From a virus (lineage: Duplodnaviria; Caudoviricetes): a stretch of DNA of 41,046 bases. The notes under the pieces were generated by a model that did not search any database, was not told the DNA's origin, and saw only the letters and a list, made by a program, of their open reading frames with translations. Position 1 is the first letter of the stretch. Every line of letters begins with the position of its first letter. Shown here in pieces: positions 17,966-27,091 of this stretch. The position numbers and the translations under genes were made by a program. The stretch lies in IMG/VR virus record IMGVR_UViG_3300037044_000222, positions 1 through 41,046 of that record; one strand, 5' to 3'.

Positions 17966-19448
17966 CGGACTTCTCCTTCGTCGGGGGAACCGACTTGATG
18001 CCGAACATCTGCATGACCGACTCGATCGGAACGCCGTGCTCGGCCGCCACGGCGTGCGCCCGGTCCAGGATGTAGTCCATTTCCTCGAACACCTGGTCGG
18101 TCTCCCGCTGCCACATCTTGCCGCGGGCCCCGTAGTGATCGCGGCGGCTCATCAAACCGAAGGCCACATCCTCCCGTTCCTGGGCCATCTCGCGCCCCAC
18201 GTCGATCGTCAGCCGGGCCGGGGCGATGAAGTCGCACCGTTCCCAGCCCGGGACCGCCGGCAGCCGCCCGCTCTGGATCCCGCCGGCGATCACCCGCAGC
18301 CAGGCGTCCCGACCCAGCCGGGCCATGACCGCTTTGCGTTTGTCGAACCGCTTCTGGGCTTTGCCGTTGACCGCCCGCTGGTTGGGACCGGTCAACTTCT
18401 CGTCGAGGTAGAACGCCGGCGGCAACCCCAGCCCGGCGACAAAAGACCCGGCCAGGAACTGGATCACTTCGATGTTGTTGCCCGGCGCCGCCGGGGTGGT
18501 CACCTGCTTGAGTTCGAGCCCCTCGTCCAAGACCGGGATGTCGCCGGCCAGGAGCTCGGCGACAGTGTAGCTGCGCGGGGTTTGAGCGCCCTCCTCCTCC
18601 GGCGGGATCTCGTTGGCCGCCTCTCCGGGCACCACCGCCGGGGTGCCCCACGGGTCATCCTGCACGGGGATGCCCTGGATGACGGCGGTCAGGGTGGTCG
18701 AGAGCTTCGAGAGGACCTTCTGAAAGCCCTTGATGTCCTGCCCATCCCGCATGTCATTGGACCCGCGCCGGATCGGGCTCAGGCCCCGGGCCACGCTCAT
18801 CCGGTCCCACTCGGCCAGGTGCGAGATCGTGTCCGCCGGCAGCAGGGTCTTCTGGTCCAGCCAGTACCCGACGACCCGGCCGGCGGCGTCGAGTTGGAGG
18901 CCGTCCTCGATCCGCTCCTGGCGCGAGCTGCGCTTGTCGATGCGCCAGCAGTCCAGGAGCTGCAACTGCGGGATCCCGTCCGGGTCGACCCAGTGCGCAA
19001 AGGACTCCCCGTCGGTGTCCAGGCTGAAGGACGCCGCCCGTTGCAGCCCGTAGAAGTCCGAACGCCCGTAGAAGTCGGCCCGGGCGGCCCAGTCATCGAA
19101 CCAGGCGTTGGCGGCCTCGTTCCACTGCCGATCCTGGGTCGCCGCCCGCGGGATCATCGGGGTCGAGTAGTTGGCGATCAGGTCGGTGGCGTAGTACACC
19201 ATGCCCGCGTTGTCCCAGAGCCAGCGAGCGATCTGGGCCAGGCGTTGGCGGCTGTAGTAGGCGAGCAGCCAACCGCCAAACGCCGGCACCGGGGTCCGGT
19301 GGTCCACGACGTTGAGCGCCTCGAAGTAGTGGCGGTAGGGCTGGGCGGTCTCCCGGGGCAGGTGTGCCGCGGGCTGGGGCGGCCGGGGGATCGGCCCCGC
19401 GGGCCGGGGTCGATCCAGGCCGAGGAGGCTGCGGAGGGCGCGGATCAT
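17913..19448 (-). CDS. Portal protein (lambda-like)
   Basis: 511 aa; DGESF, G.QLDAAGRVVGYW, RGLSP, IDVGRE motifs. Confidence 0.9.
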   Translation of the reverse strand: MIRALRSLLGLDRPRPAGPIPRPPQPAAHLPRETAQPYRHYFEALNVVDHRTPVPAFGGWLLAYYSRQRLAQIARWLWDNAGMVYYATDLIANYSTPMIPRAATQDRQWNEAANAWFDDWAARADFYGRSDFYGLQRAASFSLDTDGESFAHWVDPDGIPQLQLLDCWRIDKRSSRQERIEDGLQLDAAGRVVGYWLDQKTLLPADTISHLAEWDRMSVARGLSPIRRGSNDMRDGQDIKGFQKVLSKLSTTLTAVIQGIPVQDDPWGTPAVVPGEAANEIPPEEEGAQTPRSYTVAELLAGDIPVLDEGLELKQVTTPAAPGNNIEVIQFLAGSFVAGLGLPPAFYLDEKLTGPNQRAVNGKAQKRFDKRKAVMARLGRDAWLRVIAGGIQSGRLPAVPGWERCDFIAPARLTIDVGREMAQEREDVAFGLMSRRDHYGARGKMWQRETDQVFEEMDYILDRAHAVAAEHGVPIESVMQMFGIKSVPPTKEKSDERDEATGDAGRADDAA

Positions 19449-19777
19449 AGGACGGCGCGATGGAAGGTCGGGTGCACCCGGCGGTAACGGGGCACGTCCA
19501 GGGGCGGATGCTCGGGATCGGGCAGGGTGTTCACCCATTCGAGGGCCTCCTCGGCCATCACGGCCAACTCGGCGGGGGTGTAGGCCCGCTCAAAGGTGAA
19601 CGTGACCGTGCCGCCCGCCTCGCTGGCCGTCAGGACGGTCTGGCCGTTGACCACGTTCGCGGTCCACTTGGACGTGAGCAGACCCTCCAACGCCCCGACC
19701 AGTGTCTGCTCGCCGGTGAGCTGGAGCTTCAGGGCCCGGACCAACATCCGAACCTCGACCCGTGGAGGCGCTGCCAT
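19445..19777 (-). CDS. Head-tail adaptor (gpW position)
   Basis: Between terminase and portal genes, ATGA-coupled to the portal. Confidence 0.55.
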   Translation of the reverse strand: MAAPPRVEVRMLVRALKLQLTGEQTLVGALEGLLTSKWTANVVNGQTVLTASEAGGTVTFTFERAYTPAELAVMAEEALEWVNTLPDPEHPPLDVPRYRRVHPTFHRAVL

Positions 19778-19794
19778 CTACCAGAGCGGGCACG

Positions 19795-21597
19795 CTAAGC
19801 TCCGGCCGGACCCTCCGCCGAGTCCAGGGCCGCCCCTTGCAGCGGGGTGTAGCGCAGGATGCCGCAGCCGATTGCCGCGACGTGGATCATCAGCTCGCAG
19901 TCCAGGTAATGGTTGTCCCGGCCCTTGCGGACCCACACCGTCCGCTGCTGCCCCAGGGCGTCTTCCTTCACTTCGCGCACCTCGGCGGTCATCTGCCGGA
20001 GGTAATCCACGCCCACCTTCCGCGGCAGGGTCCACTGGCCGATCACCCCGTGGGTGAACATGGCCAGGTGATCCTTCACGCTCGGGTTGGACCACTGGAA
20101 GAGCGGCAGGAGCCGCCGCCGGTGCCGCCCCTTGGCCGCCCCGAGGCTCGGGTCCACCATCACCATGCGCCACACCTGGCGCACCGGTTTGCGCAGGCGC
20201 GCGTCCAGGAGCAGGAACCACTCGGCGTGATCGCCCTTCATCGCTTTCCAGCCCGTCGCCTGGCAGAACCGGTACACTTCCGAGGCCTTGAACCCGGAGT
20301 CGATCAGCGCCCGCTCCCGCGGCACGCCCAGCTTGAGCCGGATCTCCTCAAGTTCCTCGGGCGTGTTGCACCGCCCGTAGGCCAGGAGCCGGCTCGCACC
20401 CCCCGCCCCGTAGGCCCGACAGACCCAGAAGTAGTGTTCGCCCCCGCGCGCCTGCCGGTCGGCGGCCAGGAAGCGGGCCGCCTCGAGGGGCCAGCGGTCG
20501 CCGAAGTCATACGCCTCCCGCCGTGCGAGCAGGTACTCGTCGTCGTTGGACAGCCAGCGGTCCAGGTCCCAGGGCTCCCCCAGCGTCTCGGTGACGAAGG
20601 TGAGCATCGGCTGGATGTCCCCGGCCCGCATCGCCTCGACCGCCGCCAGGAACTCGGTCACGACCGAGCGCCACGGCACCCAGGGCGCGATCAGTGCCGA
20701 CCAGGTGAACGAGACGCATTCGCGCGGCGCATTCGGGTTCTGGGCCACGTACCGGCCCCGCTGGGCGATGTGCCGGCGGTCGACGGCGGTGTCCCGGATC
20801 CCGCGACCGCAACCAGCACACTCGTAGCGGATCGTCTCCGCCAGGGCGTCCAGCCGCCAGCGCCCGCCGGGCTTGGTCCGCTCGTTGGCGTCCCACTTCA
20901 ACTGCTCGAACTTGAGCGGCTGGAGGTGGCGGCACTTGGGACACTCGAAGTGCCAGACCTGCTGGTTGCCCTCCGCATAGGCCCGGTCCATCGCGTCACC
21001 CTTGGTCCCGGGGGTCGAGAGCAGGAAACGGCGCGAGTTCCAGTAGGCTCGCGTCCGCTTGAGCACCATCTCCAGCCGGCCGGGCGCATAGTTGCGCACC
21101 TCATCGCAGAACAACCACCGGATTGGCTTGGACTGAAGCCGCTTCTTGGAGCCACTCCAGGCGTGGTAGAGCACCATGCCCACGAACGCCGTCCGACCGG
21201 CGTCGTGTGCGAGCACCGCCCGGCGCACCGGCGGGCAGAGGTCGAAGGTGGGCTCAAGCCGGTCCCGCGCGAACTCGACCATCTCCTGGCGCGTGGAGGT
21301 TACCCACATGGCGTGGCCCGGATCCTCGGCGATCACCCAGCACAGACAGGCGATGGCCGTCTGGCTCTTGGCGGTCTGGGCCGAACACTGCACGACGAGG
21401 TTGCGGACGTCGTTGTCCGCGAACGCCTCCATCACCGCCCGCACCCAGGGCGAGTGGGCCGCACGCCACCGACCGGGGAAGGGCGAGGACTCATCGACGG
21501 TCAAGTGCTCCTCGCACCACGCCCACGGCGGCCGGCGGTCGGCGGGCTTGCAGGCCGCGCAGAACCCTTCAATCAGCGGATGGATCCGGTACATCAT
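19795..21597 (-). CDS. Terminase large subunit, GpA family
   Basis: PGRWR...PW, SAQTAKS, FCDEV, STPG, CPKC, LIDSG, NHYLDCE motifs. Confidence 0.95.
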   Translation of the reverse strand: MMYRIHPLIEGFCAACKPADRRPPWAWCEEHLTVDESSPFPGRWRAAHSPWVRAVMEAFADNDVRNLVVQCSAQTAKSQTAIACLCWVIAEDPGHAMWVTSTRQEMVEFARDRLEPTFDLCPPVRRAVLAHDAGRTAFVGMVLYHAWSGSKKRLQSKPIRWLFCDEVRNYAPGRLEMVLKRTRAYWNSRRFLLSTPGTKGDAMDRAYAEGNQQVWHFECPKCRHLQPLKFEQLKWDANERTKPGGRWRLDALAETIRYECAGCGRGIRDTAVDRRHIAQRGRYVAQNPNAPRECVSFTWSALIAPWVPWRSVVTEFLAAVEAMRAGDIQPMLTFVTETLGEPWDLDRWLSNDDEYLLARREAYDFGDRWPLEAARFLAADRQARGGEHYFWVCRAYGAGGASRLLAYGRCNTPEELEEIRLKLGVPRERALIDSGFKASEVYRFCQATGWKAMKGDHAEWFLLLDARLRKPVRQVWRMVMVDPSLGAAKGRHRRRLLPLFQWSNPSVKDHLAMFTHGVIGQWTLPRKVGVDYLRQMTAEVREVKEDALGQQRTVWVRKGRDNHYLDCELMIHVAAIGCGILRYTPLQGAALDSAEGPAGA

Positions 21598-22222
21598 CGG
21601 CCGGGCCGGCCTGCCAGGCGCCCAGGCGCTGATCCAGCAAGTGCAACTGGCGCAGCGTCTCGTCCTCCGCCTCCTTGAGCCGGTCCTCGATCTCGCGCAC
21701 CCCCAACCCCACCAGCGAGGAGGCCAGGCGGTGGACCGAGAGCGTCTTGCGGATGGCCGCCCCCAGTTCGGCCCCCAACTGGCGTACCGAATCGACCGAA
21801 ACCAGTTCACCCCGCTGCCGGTCCAGCTCGAGCTCCGCCATCGCCACCTTCACGGCCATCAGCTTCGAGCGCAGTTGCGGCTCCAGTTCCTCAAACTCGT
21901 CCTCGTCCACCCCGCCGAACTGCGCCAGGTACGTGCGCCAGGCCGCCACGTCATAGCGGCCGTCGGGCTTGCGGCCCGGGTTGCCCTCGCGCTTCAGATG
22001 CCGCTGGACCGTGCGCCGGTCGCAGCCCAGGGCCTGGGCCAGCTCGACGATGGTCTGGACGTGGCTCGCCCCCGCCAGGTCCTTCCCGGCCAGGTACGCG
22101 GTGACCAGCGCCCGTTGACTCGCGGTCAGGGGACTGCCCACCGCCGTCCGCTTGACGATGTTCGCCAGGTCCCGGCGCAGCAGCATCTCCGCTTCCTGCG
22201 GAGCCAGCCCGATCTTCTCCAT
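21569..22222 (-). CDS. Terminase small subunit (Nu1-like)
   Basis: HTH ELAQALGCDRRTVQ, GRYDV, and ELELDRQRGELVS coiled coil. Confidence 0.88.
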   Translation of the reverse strand: MEKIGLAPQEAEMLLRRDLANIVKRTAVGSPLTASQRALVTAYLAGKDLAGASHVQTIVELAQALGCDRRTVQRHLKREGNPGRKPDGRYDVAAWRTYLAQFGGVDEDEFEELEPQLRSKLMAVKVAMAELELDRQRGELVSVDSVRQLGAELGAAIRKTLSVHRLASSLVGLGVREIEDRLKEAEDETLRQLHLLDQRLGAWQAGPADDVPDPSAD

Positions 22223-22281
22223 ACCATAGGGGCCACGGTGAAGTCCTGGGGGAGACCGGCCGGGAGGGGGCCGGGGAAGCG

Positions 22282-22554
22282 TTAGGAAGCCCGGGAAGGC
22301 GGGCGGGCCGGCGCCCGGGGGGTGGTTGGGGTCTGGCGGGAACGCGAAGGCTTGGGAGGCTCACCCAGATCCGCGGCGAACCGGTCCAGAAGCAGCCGCT
22401 GGAGGATCGAGGCGGGCCGGGTCCGGCTGATCTCCCAGTTCTGGAGCGTCTTCAGCGGGCACCCCAGCACGATGGCCGCGCGCGACTGGGAATGCCCCAG
22501 CGCCGCCCGCCACGCCTTGATCGCCCGCTCGAAGCTCCGGTCGATGCCTGCCAT
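22282..22554 (-). CDS. XRE-family HTH regulator
   Basis: IKAWRAALGHSQSRAAIVLGCPLKTLQNWE.SRTRP. Confidence 0.85.
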   Translation of the reverse strand: MAGIDRSFERAIKAWRAALGHSQSRAAIVLGCPLKTLQNWEISRTRPASILQRLLLDRFAADLGEPPKPSRSRQTPTTPRAPARPPSRAS

Positions 22555-22616
22555 ACGCGAATAGAGTTGGTGGACTACCGCCCGCAGTGACCCGACACAC
22601 TGGCCACTACTACGAG

Positions 22617-23645
22617 TCACACATCCTCCCGGAATGGCAAAGCCATAGTGGTATTCATCTTGGGGTATGCTTTGTCAACCAGCCGTTTGAACTGTTCCCA
22701 GGCTGAGGCAGCTCGCATCAGCGCTATGATCCCACTTAGATGATCGCGCAGTTTGGGATGGCCAACGTCGGGCGTGAGCCATTGATGATGCTTGTGCTTT
22801 CGGTGGCCGGCCTCATCGGGTGGGTTGAGTCGTCGTAGTTCCTCAAGAACCCCAGGCGCAAGCCTGTCGTAGACCAAGTCGTTTGTATAGTGGCCTACAA
22901 CTGCAGGCCGATTAATCCTCATGCCTCGCCACTCCCAGTTCTTAAGGCGGAACATCTCACGGTAGAAATCATCCGGAAATCTCTTCGCCCACTTGGCAAG
23001 TTCTCTGCTTATAAAGGCGTCGAGAATTCTCTGCAGAGCAAGTCGATCACGGACCTCTTGGTATCCAGTGGCTTCATCAATTAAGGCGATTATGCCCACT
23101 GTCGCCAGCCCACGAATGATCGCCTCGGCAGCCAGGACCATGTGTCGCTGTGATGGGAGAATCACACCGGCTTTGTCAGCATCGACGTAAGCGTAGCACA
23201 CCATCGGCAGTATTTCGGCCTTGTAACCGAATGCCATAGACCCTCCCGACACTGGTTTGTAGGAAATCGGGTTCTTCGAAGCCATTAATTCCCTTGTAAT
23301 GAAAGGCTTGAGGTTCTTGGACGGCAGAAAAGGAGGGGGTTCTTCAGAACCCCACTCCTCCTCCATCGCGCGGGAGAGCGTCGTGCTTCCCTGTCCTGCT
23401 GCAGGTCGAATGGACCTCCCCAAGGCCTTGAGGAACGAGCTCTGGTTGATGACTCGCGTTCCGTCCTCAAGCACCGCGCACTCAATCGTAGCTTGACCGA
23501 TCTTGAGTGGTCCCGCGTGTGTAGCCTTTGGGAGGCTATGCCGTGCCCGAGCGGCTCGGCGAGCGATTTCGGATCGCTGCTCAGGCGTCAACGCTTCTGC
23601 CCGCGCCTTGCCGCCCATTGACTGAATCGAATCGTCAGTAAGCAT
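22617..23645 (-). CDS. P63C-domain protein
   Basis: GGKARAEALTPEQRSEIAR, ATHAG.L.IG..IECAVLEDGTRV, VGIIALIDEATGYQ, W.KRFP..FY, HHQWLT motifs; lower GC. Confidence 0.9.
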   Translation of the reverse strand: MLTDDSIQSMGGKARAEALTPEQRSEIARRAARARHSLPKATHAGPLKIGQATIECAVLEDGTRVINQSSFLKALGRSIRPAAGQGSTTLSRAMEEEWGSEEPPPFLPSKNLKPFITRELMASKNPISYKPVSGGSMAFGYKAEILPMVCYAYVDADKAGVILPSQRHMVLAAEAIIRGLATVGIIALIDEATGYQEVRDRLALQRILDAFISRELAKWAKRFPDDFYREMFRLKNWEWRGMRINRPAVVGHYTNDLVYDRLAPGVLEELRRLNPPDEAGHRKHKHHQWLTPDVGHPKLRDHLSGIIALMRAASAWEQFKRLVDKAYPKMNTTMALPFREDV

Positions 23646-23670
23646 GTGGCAAGGATACTCAGGCCGTGCC

Positions 23671-23682
23671 TGCTTGCAAGCA
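23671..23682. promoter_or_regulatory. 12-bp palindrome upstream of the P63C gene
   Basis: TGCTTGCAAGCA, plus a half-site TGCTTGC near 23703. Confidence 0.4.
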
Positions 23683-23794
23683 CAAATACTATGTGATGGA
23701 CGTGCTTGCTAACAAAGAGGCCGCTTCATGCACATCATAATCGCTGGCCTACACACAAGGTACCGCGATCGTGAGTCGGTTCATGGCCCCTCCT

Positions 23795-24322
23795 TCAATA
23801 CCCGGCGGCCTCGGCCGTGAAGTCCCGCTGACGGCAATGACACCGCCGCCACTCCGGCCGGGCGACCGGGATCGCCACCAGCCCGGGCCCCGCGTCCACC
23901 GGCGGCCGGGCCTTCAACTCGCACACCCAGGCCAGGTAGCTCTCCTCGCTCTGCATCCGGCCATCGCAATCGGTCCCGTCCGAGCTGTAGACCCCCACCA
24001 CCGATCTCCCGTCGTACTCCCACGCCTCGGCCCGCACACTCCACCCTTCCTCATCTCGGCCCCCCTGCACGTGACGGAGGGTCTGCTCCGGCCGCAACGT
24101 CAGCTTCACCCAGCCATCGTTCACATACTCCCAGAACCGGGCGTTGATGCGGCGCACCCGGCCCGCGGCGGCCACCGCCACCATCGCGCCCAGCTCGCGG
24201 GCTTCCGAGGGCTGCGTCACCACCAAAGCCCCGCCGTCCATCCTCACCACCACCTGCGGGCCTTCGGTCACGGACACCGACCCGGCCAACTCCATCGCTT
24301 CCCGCACTGTCTTGAGTTCCAT
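23795..24322 (-). CDS. Hypothetical protein
   Basis: SD-like GGAAGG upstream; conserved-looking NARFWEYVNDGWVKLTL, DCDGR and QRDFTAEAAGY; alternative start at 24355. Confidence 0.7.
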   Translation of the reverse strand: MELKTVREAMELAGSVSVTEGPQVVVRMDGGALVVTQPSEARELGAMVAVAAAGRVRRINARFWEYVNDGWVKLTLRPEQTLRHVQGGRDEEGWSVRAEAWEYDGRSVVGVYSSDGTDCDGRMQSEESYLAWVCELKARPPVDAGPGLVAIPVARPEWRRCHCRQRDFTAEAAGY

Positions 24323-24406
24323 GACCTTACCTTCCGTTGACTGTGCTTTGTTCATTTGAGGTTGCCCCAGGAAGCGGCTTGAGGCCGCTGGTCCGGGGAT
24401 AAGTGA

Positions 24407-24440
24407 GGGGCCCGAGGAGCCCCGAAGCCCCTCGGGCCCC
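24407..24440. terminator. Strong intergenic hairpin
   Basis: GGGGCCCGAGG...CCTCGGGCCCC just after the stop at 24448. Confidence 0.45.
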
Positions 24441-24447
24441 GTTTGGC

Positions 24448-25056
24448 TCACACGTTCTCCCCCACATCGTCCGGGCACTCGGCCGGCGCCGGAGCCCGGG
24501 TCGCTTCCAGGTCGATGGCCCGGGCGTCGTTGACCGCGTCACTGCTCTCCGGGGGTGCCATGCCCGTGACCTCCCAGGGGACGGGCATCGCCGTCTCCGG
24601 TCGCAGGATGAAGTTGCCCCGCCGCACCATCCGCGCCGCCGAGCGCCGGAAGATCCGCTGGTAGAGGTTCACCGACCACTCGAACGCCCGGGCCTCGCTC
24701 GGCCCGAAGAGGACATGCGCCCACTCGTGCAGGAAGGTCACCACCGAGAGCTTGCCCACCAGCCCGATCTGGGTCCGGTCGCCCGCCGCCCACCCGTTGC
24801 CCACCGGCGTCTCGGGCTCGTCCACGTCGAAGTGGAGTTCCACCTCCCGCTCGTAGATCAGGCACAGGGCCGCGTGGAGGGTCTGGAACTTCACCTTCCG
24901 TTCCTCGACCGTCCCGCGCCAGGGCCGGCTGTGCCGGAACTCGCGCAGCGCGGCGAGGACCGCGGGCTTGTACTTGGGCCGCTCCGGGGTGATGGGGGCC
25001 GGACTGACCTCACTGACTTCACTGACTTCACTGACTGGGTTCTCGATCTCTGGCAT
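24448..25056 (-). CDS. Zincin-like (HExxH) metalloprotein
   Basis: VVTFLHEWAHVLFG.SE; N-terminal SEV x3 encoded by a 9-bp tandem repeat. Confidence 0.7.
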   Translation of the reverse strand: MPEIENPVSEVSEVSEVSPAPITPERPKYKPAVLAALREFRHSRPWRGTVEERKVKFQTLHAALCLIYEREVELHFDVDEPETPVGNGWAAGDRTQIGLVGKLSVVTFLHEWAHVLFGPSEARAFEWSVNLYQRIFRRSAARMVRRGNFILRPETAMPVPWEVTGMAPPESSDAVNDARAIDLEATRAPAPAECPDDVGENV

Positions 25057-25093
25057 ACTCTGTTCCTTTCTCTCTGACTGACTGGTCGACGAT

Positions 25094-25855
25094 TTACCGA
25101 TTCTTACTCACCGGCTTGGGAAACCGGCTGTAGAAGTCCTTTGCCGTCTGGTTGCGCTCATAGAGCCAGTCCAGCTCGGCCTCGAGTTTGGTGATGTGAC
25201 GGGCGGGCCGCTCGGGCTCCCCCCGGGTGAGATTGGGCTTCGGGGTCTTCGCCTTGGGCTCGTACCGCCACACCGGCGGCGCCTCCCGCGGCAGCGGCTC
25301 CCAGTTGAGGTTCGAGAACTGGATGCCGTCGGCTTCGTGCCACTGACCGAAGGTCTCGGTGCTCTCGGCCGCGAACCACACCCAGCGCGAGGGACTGGCC
25401 ACCTGGCCGAAGAACGCCGCCCGCTCCGCCGCCGTGGCTCCGTGCGCGAGCAGGGCCGCCGCCCGCGTGTCGGACCACTCGCCCGCCGGGATCTCCAGCC
25501 CGGCCTTCGCGGCCCGGTTCAGCGCCTCCTGCCAGTTGAACCATGTTCCGTTCTGGAACAGGACGCTCCGGGCCGACCCAGCCACGGCCAACCCCGCCCG
25601 GGGCGACACCGGAAAGGGGTGGCGCAGGGCGGGGGTCACGCCGCCGACGCTGGCGATGCGAAAGTGGATGACGACCTCCCCGGCCTTGCGCCGGGTCAGC
25701 AGTTCGATCTGGTCGAGCTTGTCGGTCTTGAACCAGTGGACCATGCCCGCCTCCCGCCACGCGATCCCCGCTCCGTGCGGGTTACCGAGTTCGCAGAGTT
25801 CGAGGACGCGCCGGCTGGGCCGGACCTTGGGGGGGCAAATGAGGATCACGCACAT
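25094..25855 (-). CDS. Class II (Ntn) glutamine amidotransferase-like protein
   Basis: N-terminal MC, NPHGAG, HFRIASVG, HPF, QNG, SDTR motifs. Confidence 0.88.
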   Translation of the reverse strand: MCVILICPPKVRPSRRVLELCELGNPHGAGIAWREAGMVHWFKTDKLDQIELLTRRKAGEVVIHFRIASVGGVTPALRHPFPVSPRAGLAVAGSARSVLFQNGTWFNWQEALNRAAKAGLEIPAGEWSDTRAAALLAHGATAAERAAFFGQVASPSRWVWFAAESTETFGQWHEADGIQFSNLNWEPLPREAPPVWRYEPKAKTPKPNLTRGEPERPARHITKLEAELDWLYERNQTAKDFYSRFPKPVSKNR

Positions 25856-25885
25856 GGCTTTGTCCTGGGGTTCGGGGTGGCGGGC

Positions 25886-26905
25886 TCAAGCGGCCACCGG
25901 CGGTTGCTCCGGGGTCGAAGGTTGGGGGGGAACCGGCGGCGGAACCGCCGGGGTGAAGAAGGGGGCCGGCCACTTCCGATCGAAGGTGTGGGCGGCATTG
26001 GTGACTTCTTCCTTGATGTTCGCGAACTGCTCGTGCGCCAGGCCGAACAGCCCGTAAGCCGGTTCACTGGAAGTCCCGCTCACCGACCACCGCAGCAGGT
26101 GCCACATCCGCTCGAGGGCCTCGACCGCCGTCTTGGTCCGCAGCCGGGGGGCGTCCGGCTTCCAGGGGCAGACCCGCTTGATCGCCTTGCACTTGCTCAC
26201 CAGCCCCAGCGCGGTGGCCACGTGGTGGAGGATCTTGTACTCGTTCAAGGTGGCCGCGAACGCGCGGAACTCGGCGCAGGGGGCCGCGTTGAGCAGCTTC
26301 TGGAAGTTGACCATCCCCCGCCCCGTGGACCGCACCAGTTCCACCACCCGTTCGCTCGGCGCTTTGGTCGCCTTGGCCAGGTTCTCGAAGGCCGGCTTGC
26401 TCAGCGGCAGGCAATAGTGGTTGCGGTGCCGGTCGGTGCCTGTCTGGGCGAAGATCGGCCAGGCGTTGTCGTGCGCGTTGCTCGCCAGGCGATAGGCGAA
26501 CTCGAGCAGTCCCTTGGGGTCGTTCGCGAGCCAGCCCAGGCCGACGGTGACGTGCAGCCCGCAGCTCGGGTTGACCCGGCCGCCGATGGCCACGATGAAC
26601 CGGACCATCTCGATCAGCGCCCGAATGCCCGCGTCGCCCTTGAGCCGGGGGCTGACGAACTCGCACGGCTGGTAGCCGCGAGGGACCGTGATGCTGGCGT
26701 CCCGGTCGGCCCGCCAGAGCTCCCCGTTGAAGGTGGGGGCATGGAGGACTTCGCCCGCCGGGGTGCGGCCCACGGTCACCCGGCTGCCCCGGTGGTAGCT
26801 CCCCACTTGAAGGCCACTGCTGTGCGGAATGACGGTCTCGATCTCGACCCCGAACTCGAGGAGGGCCGCCGTCTCATCTGGTGCTGCTAGCTTCCTTGGT
26901 TGCAT
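25886..26905 (-). CDS. Putative amidoligase (COOH-NH2 ligase type 2, Amidoligase_2)
   Basis: FGVEIET, DASI, EFVSPRL, NPSCGLHV, EFR motifs. Confidence 0.88.
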   Translation of the reverse strand: MQPRKLAAPDETAALLEFGVEIETVIPHSSGLQVGSYHRGSRVTVGRTPAGEVLHAPTFNGELWRADRDASITVPRGYQPCEFVSPRLKGDAGIRALIEMVRFIVAIGGRVNPSCGLHVTVGLGWLANDPKGLLEFAYRLASNAHDNAWPIFAQTGTDRHRNHYCLPLSKPAFENLAKATKAPSERVVELVRSTGRGMVNFQKLLNAAPCAEFRAFAATLNEYKILHHVATALGLVSKCKAIKRVCPWKPDAPRLRTKTAVEALERMWHLLRWSVSGTSSEPAYGLFGLAHEQFANIKEEVTNAAHTFDRKWPAPFFTPAVPPPVPPQPSTPEQPPVAA

Positions 26906-26945
26906 CTGTTACTCCTTCTGTTTCCGCAGCTTATGTTTTGCTGCT

Positions 26946-27038
26946 GTTAAAGGGATATACGCTGACAGCGTATGGTGACAATGGAAAAAAACGTCCCCGG
27001 CTAATTTTGTGCCGGGGACGTTGAGGGAAGGCAGGTTA
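26946..27038 (-). promoter_or_regulatory. Promoter/operator module, copy 1
   Basis: -35-like TTGTCA; palindrome ATACGCTG-A-CAGCGTAT (26957-26973); AGGCAGGTTA at 27029-27038. Confidence 0.75.
26985..27021 (-). terminator. Rho-independent terminator
   Basis: 11-bp stem ACGTCCCCGGC/GCCGGGGACGT followed by a T-run on the minus strand. Confidence 0.8.
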
Positions 27039-27091
27039 GGCGAGCTCTGTTAGGCGTGGGTGAGACTCTCCCTGCATCGCTGACAGGCGCC

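Noticed and set aside
2340-21678. Long plus-strand ORFs (for example 2340-4445, 9476-11290, 17382-19487, 19762-21678)
   Set aside because: Antisense shadows of high-GC minus-strand genes; no motifs
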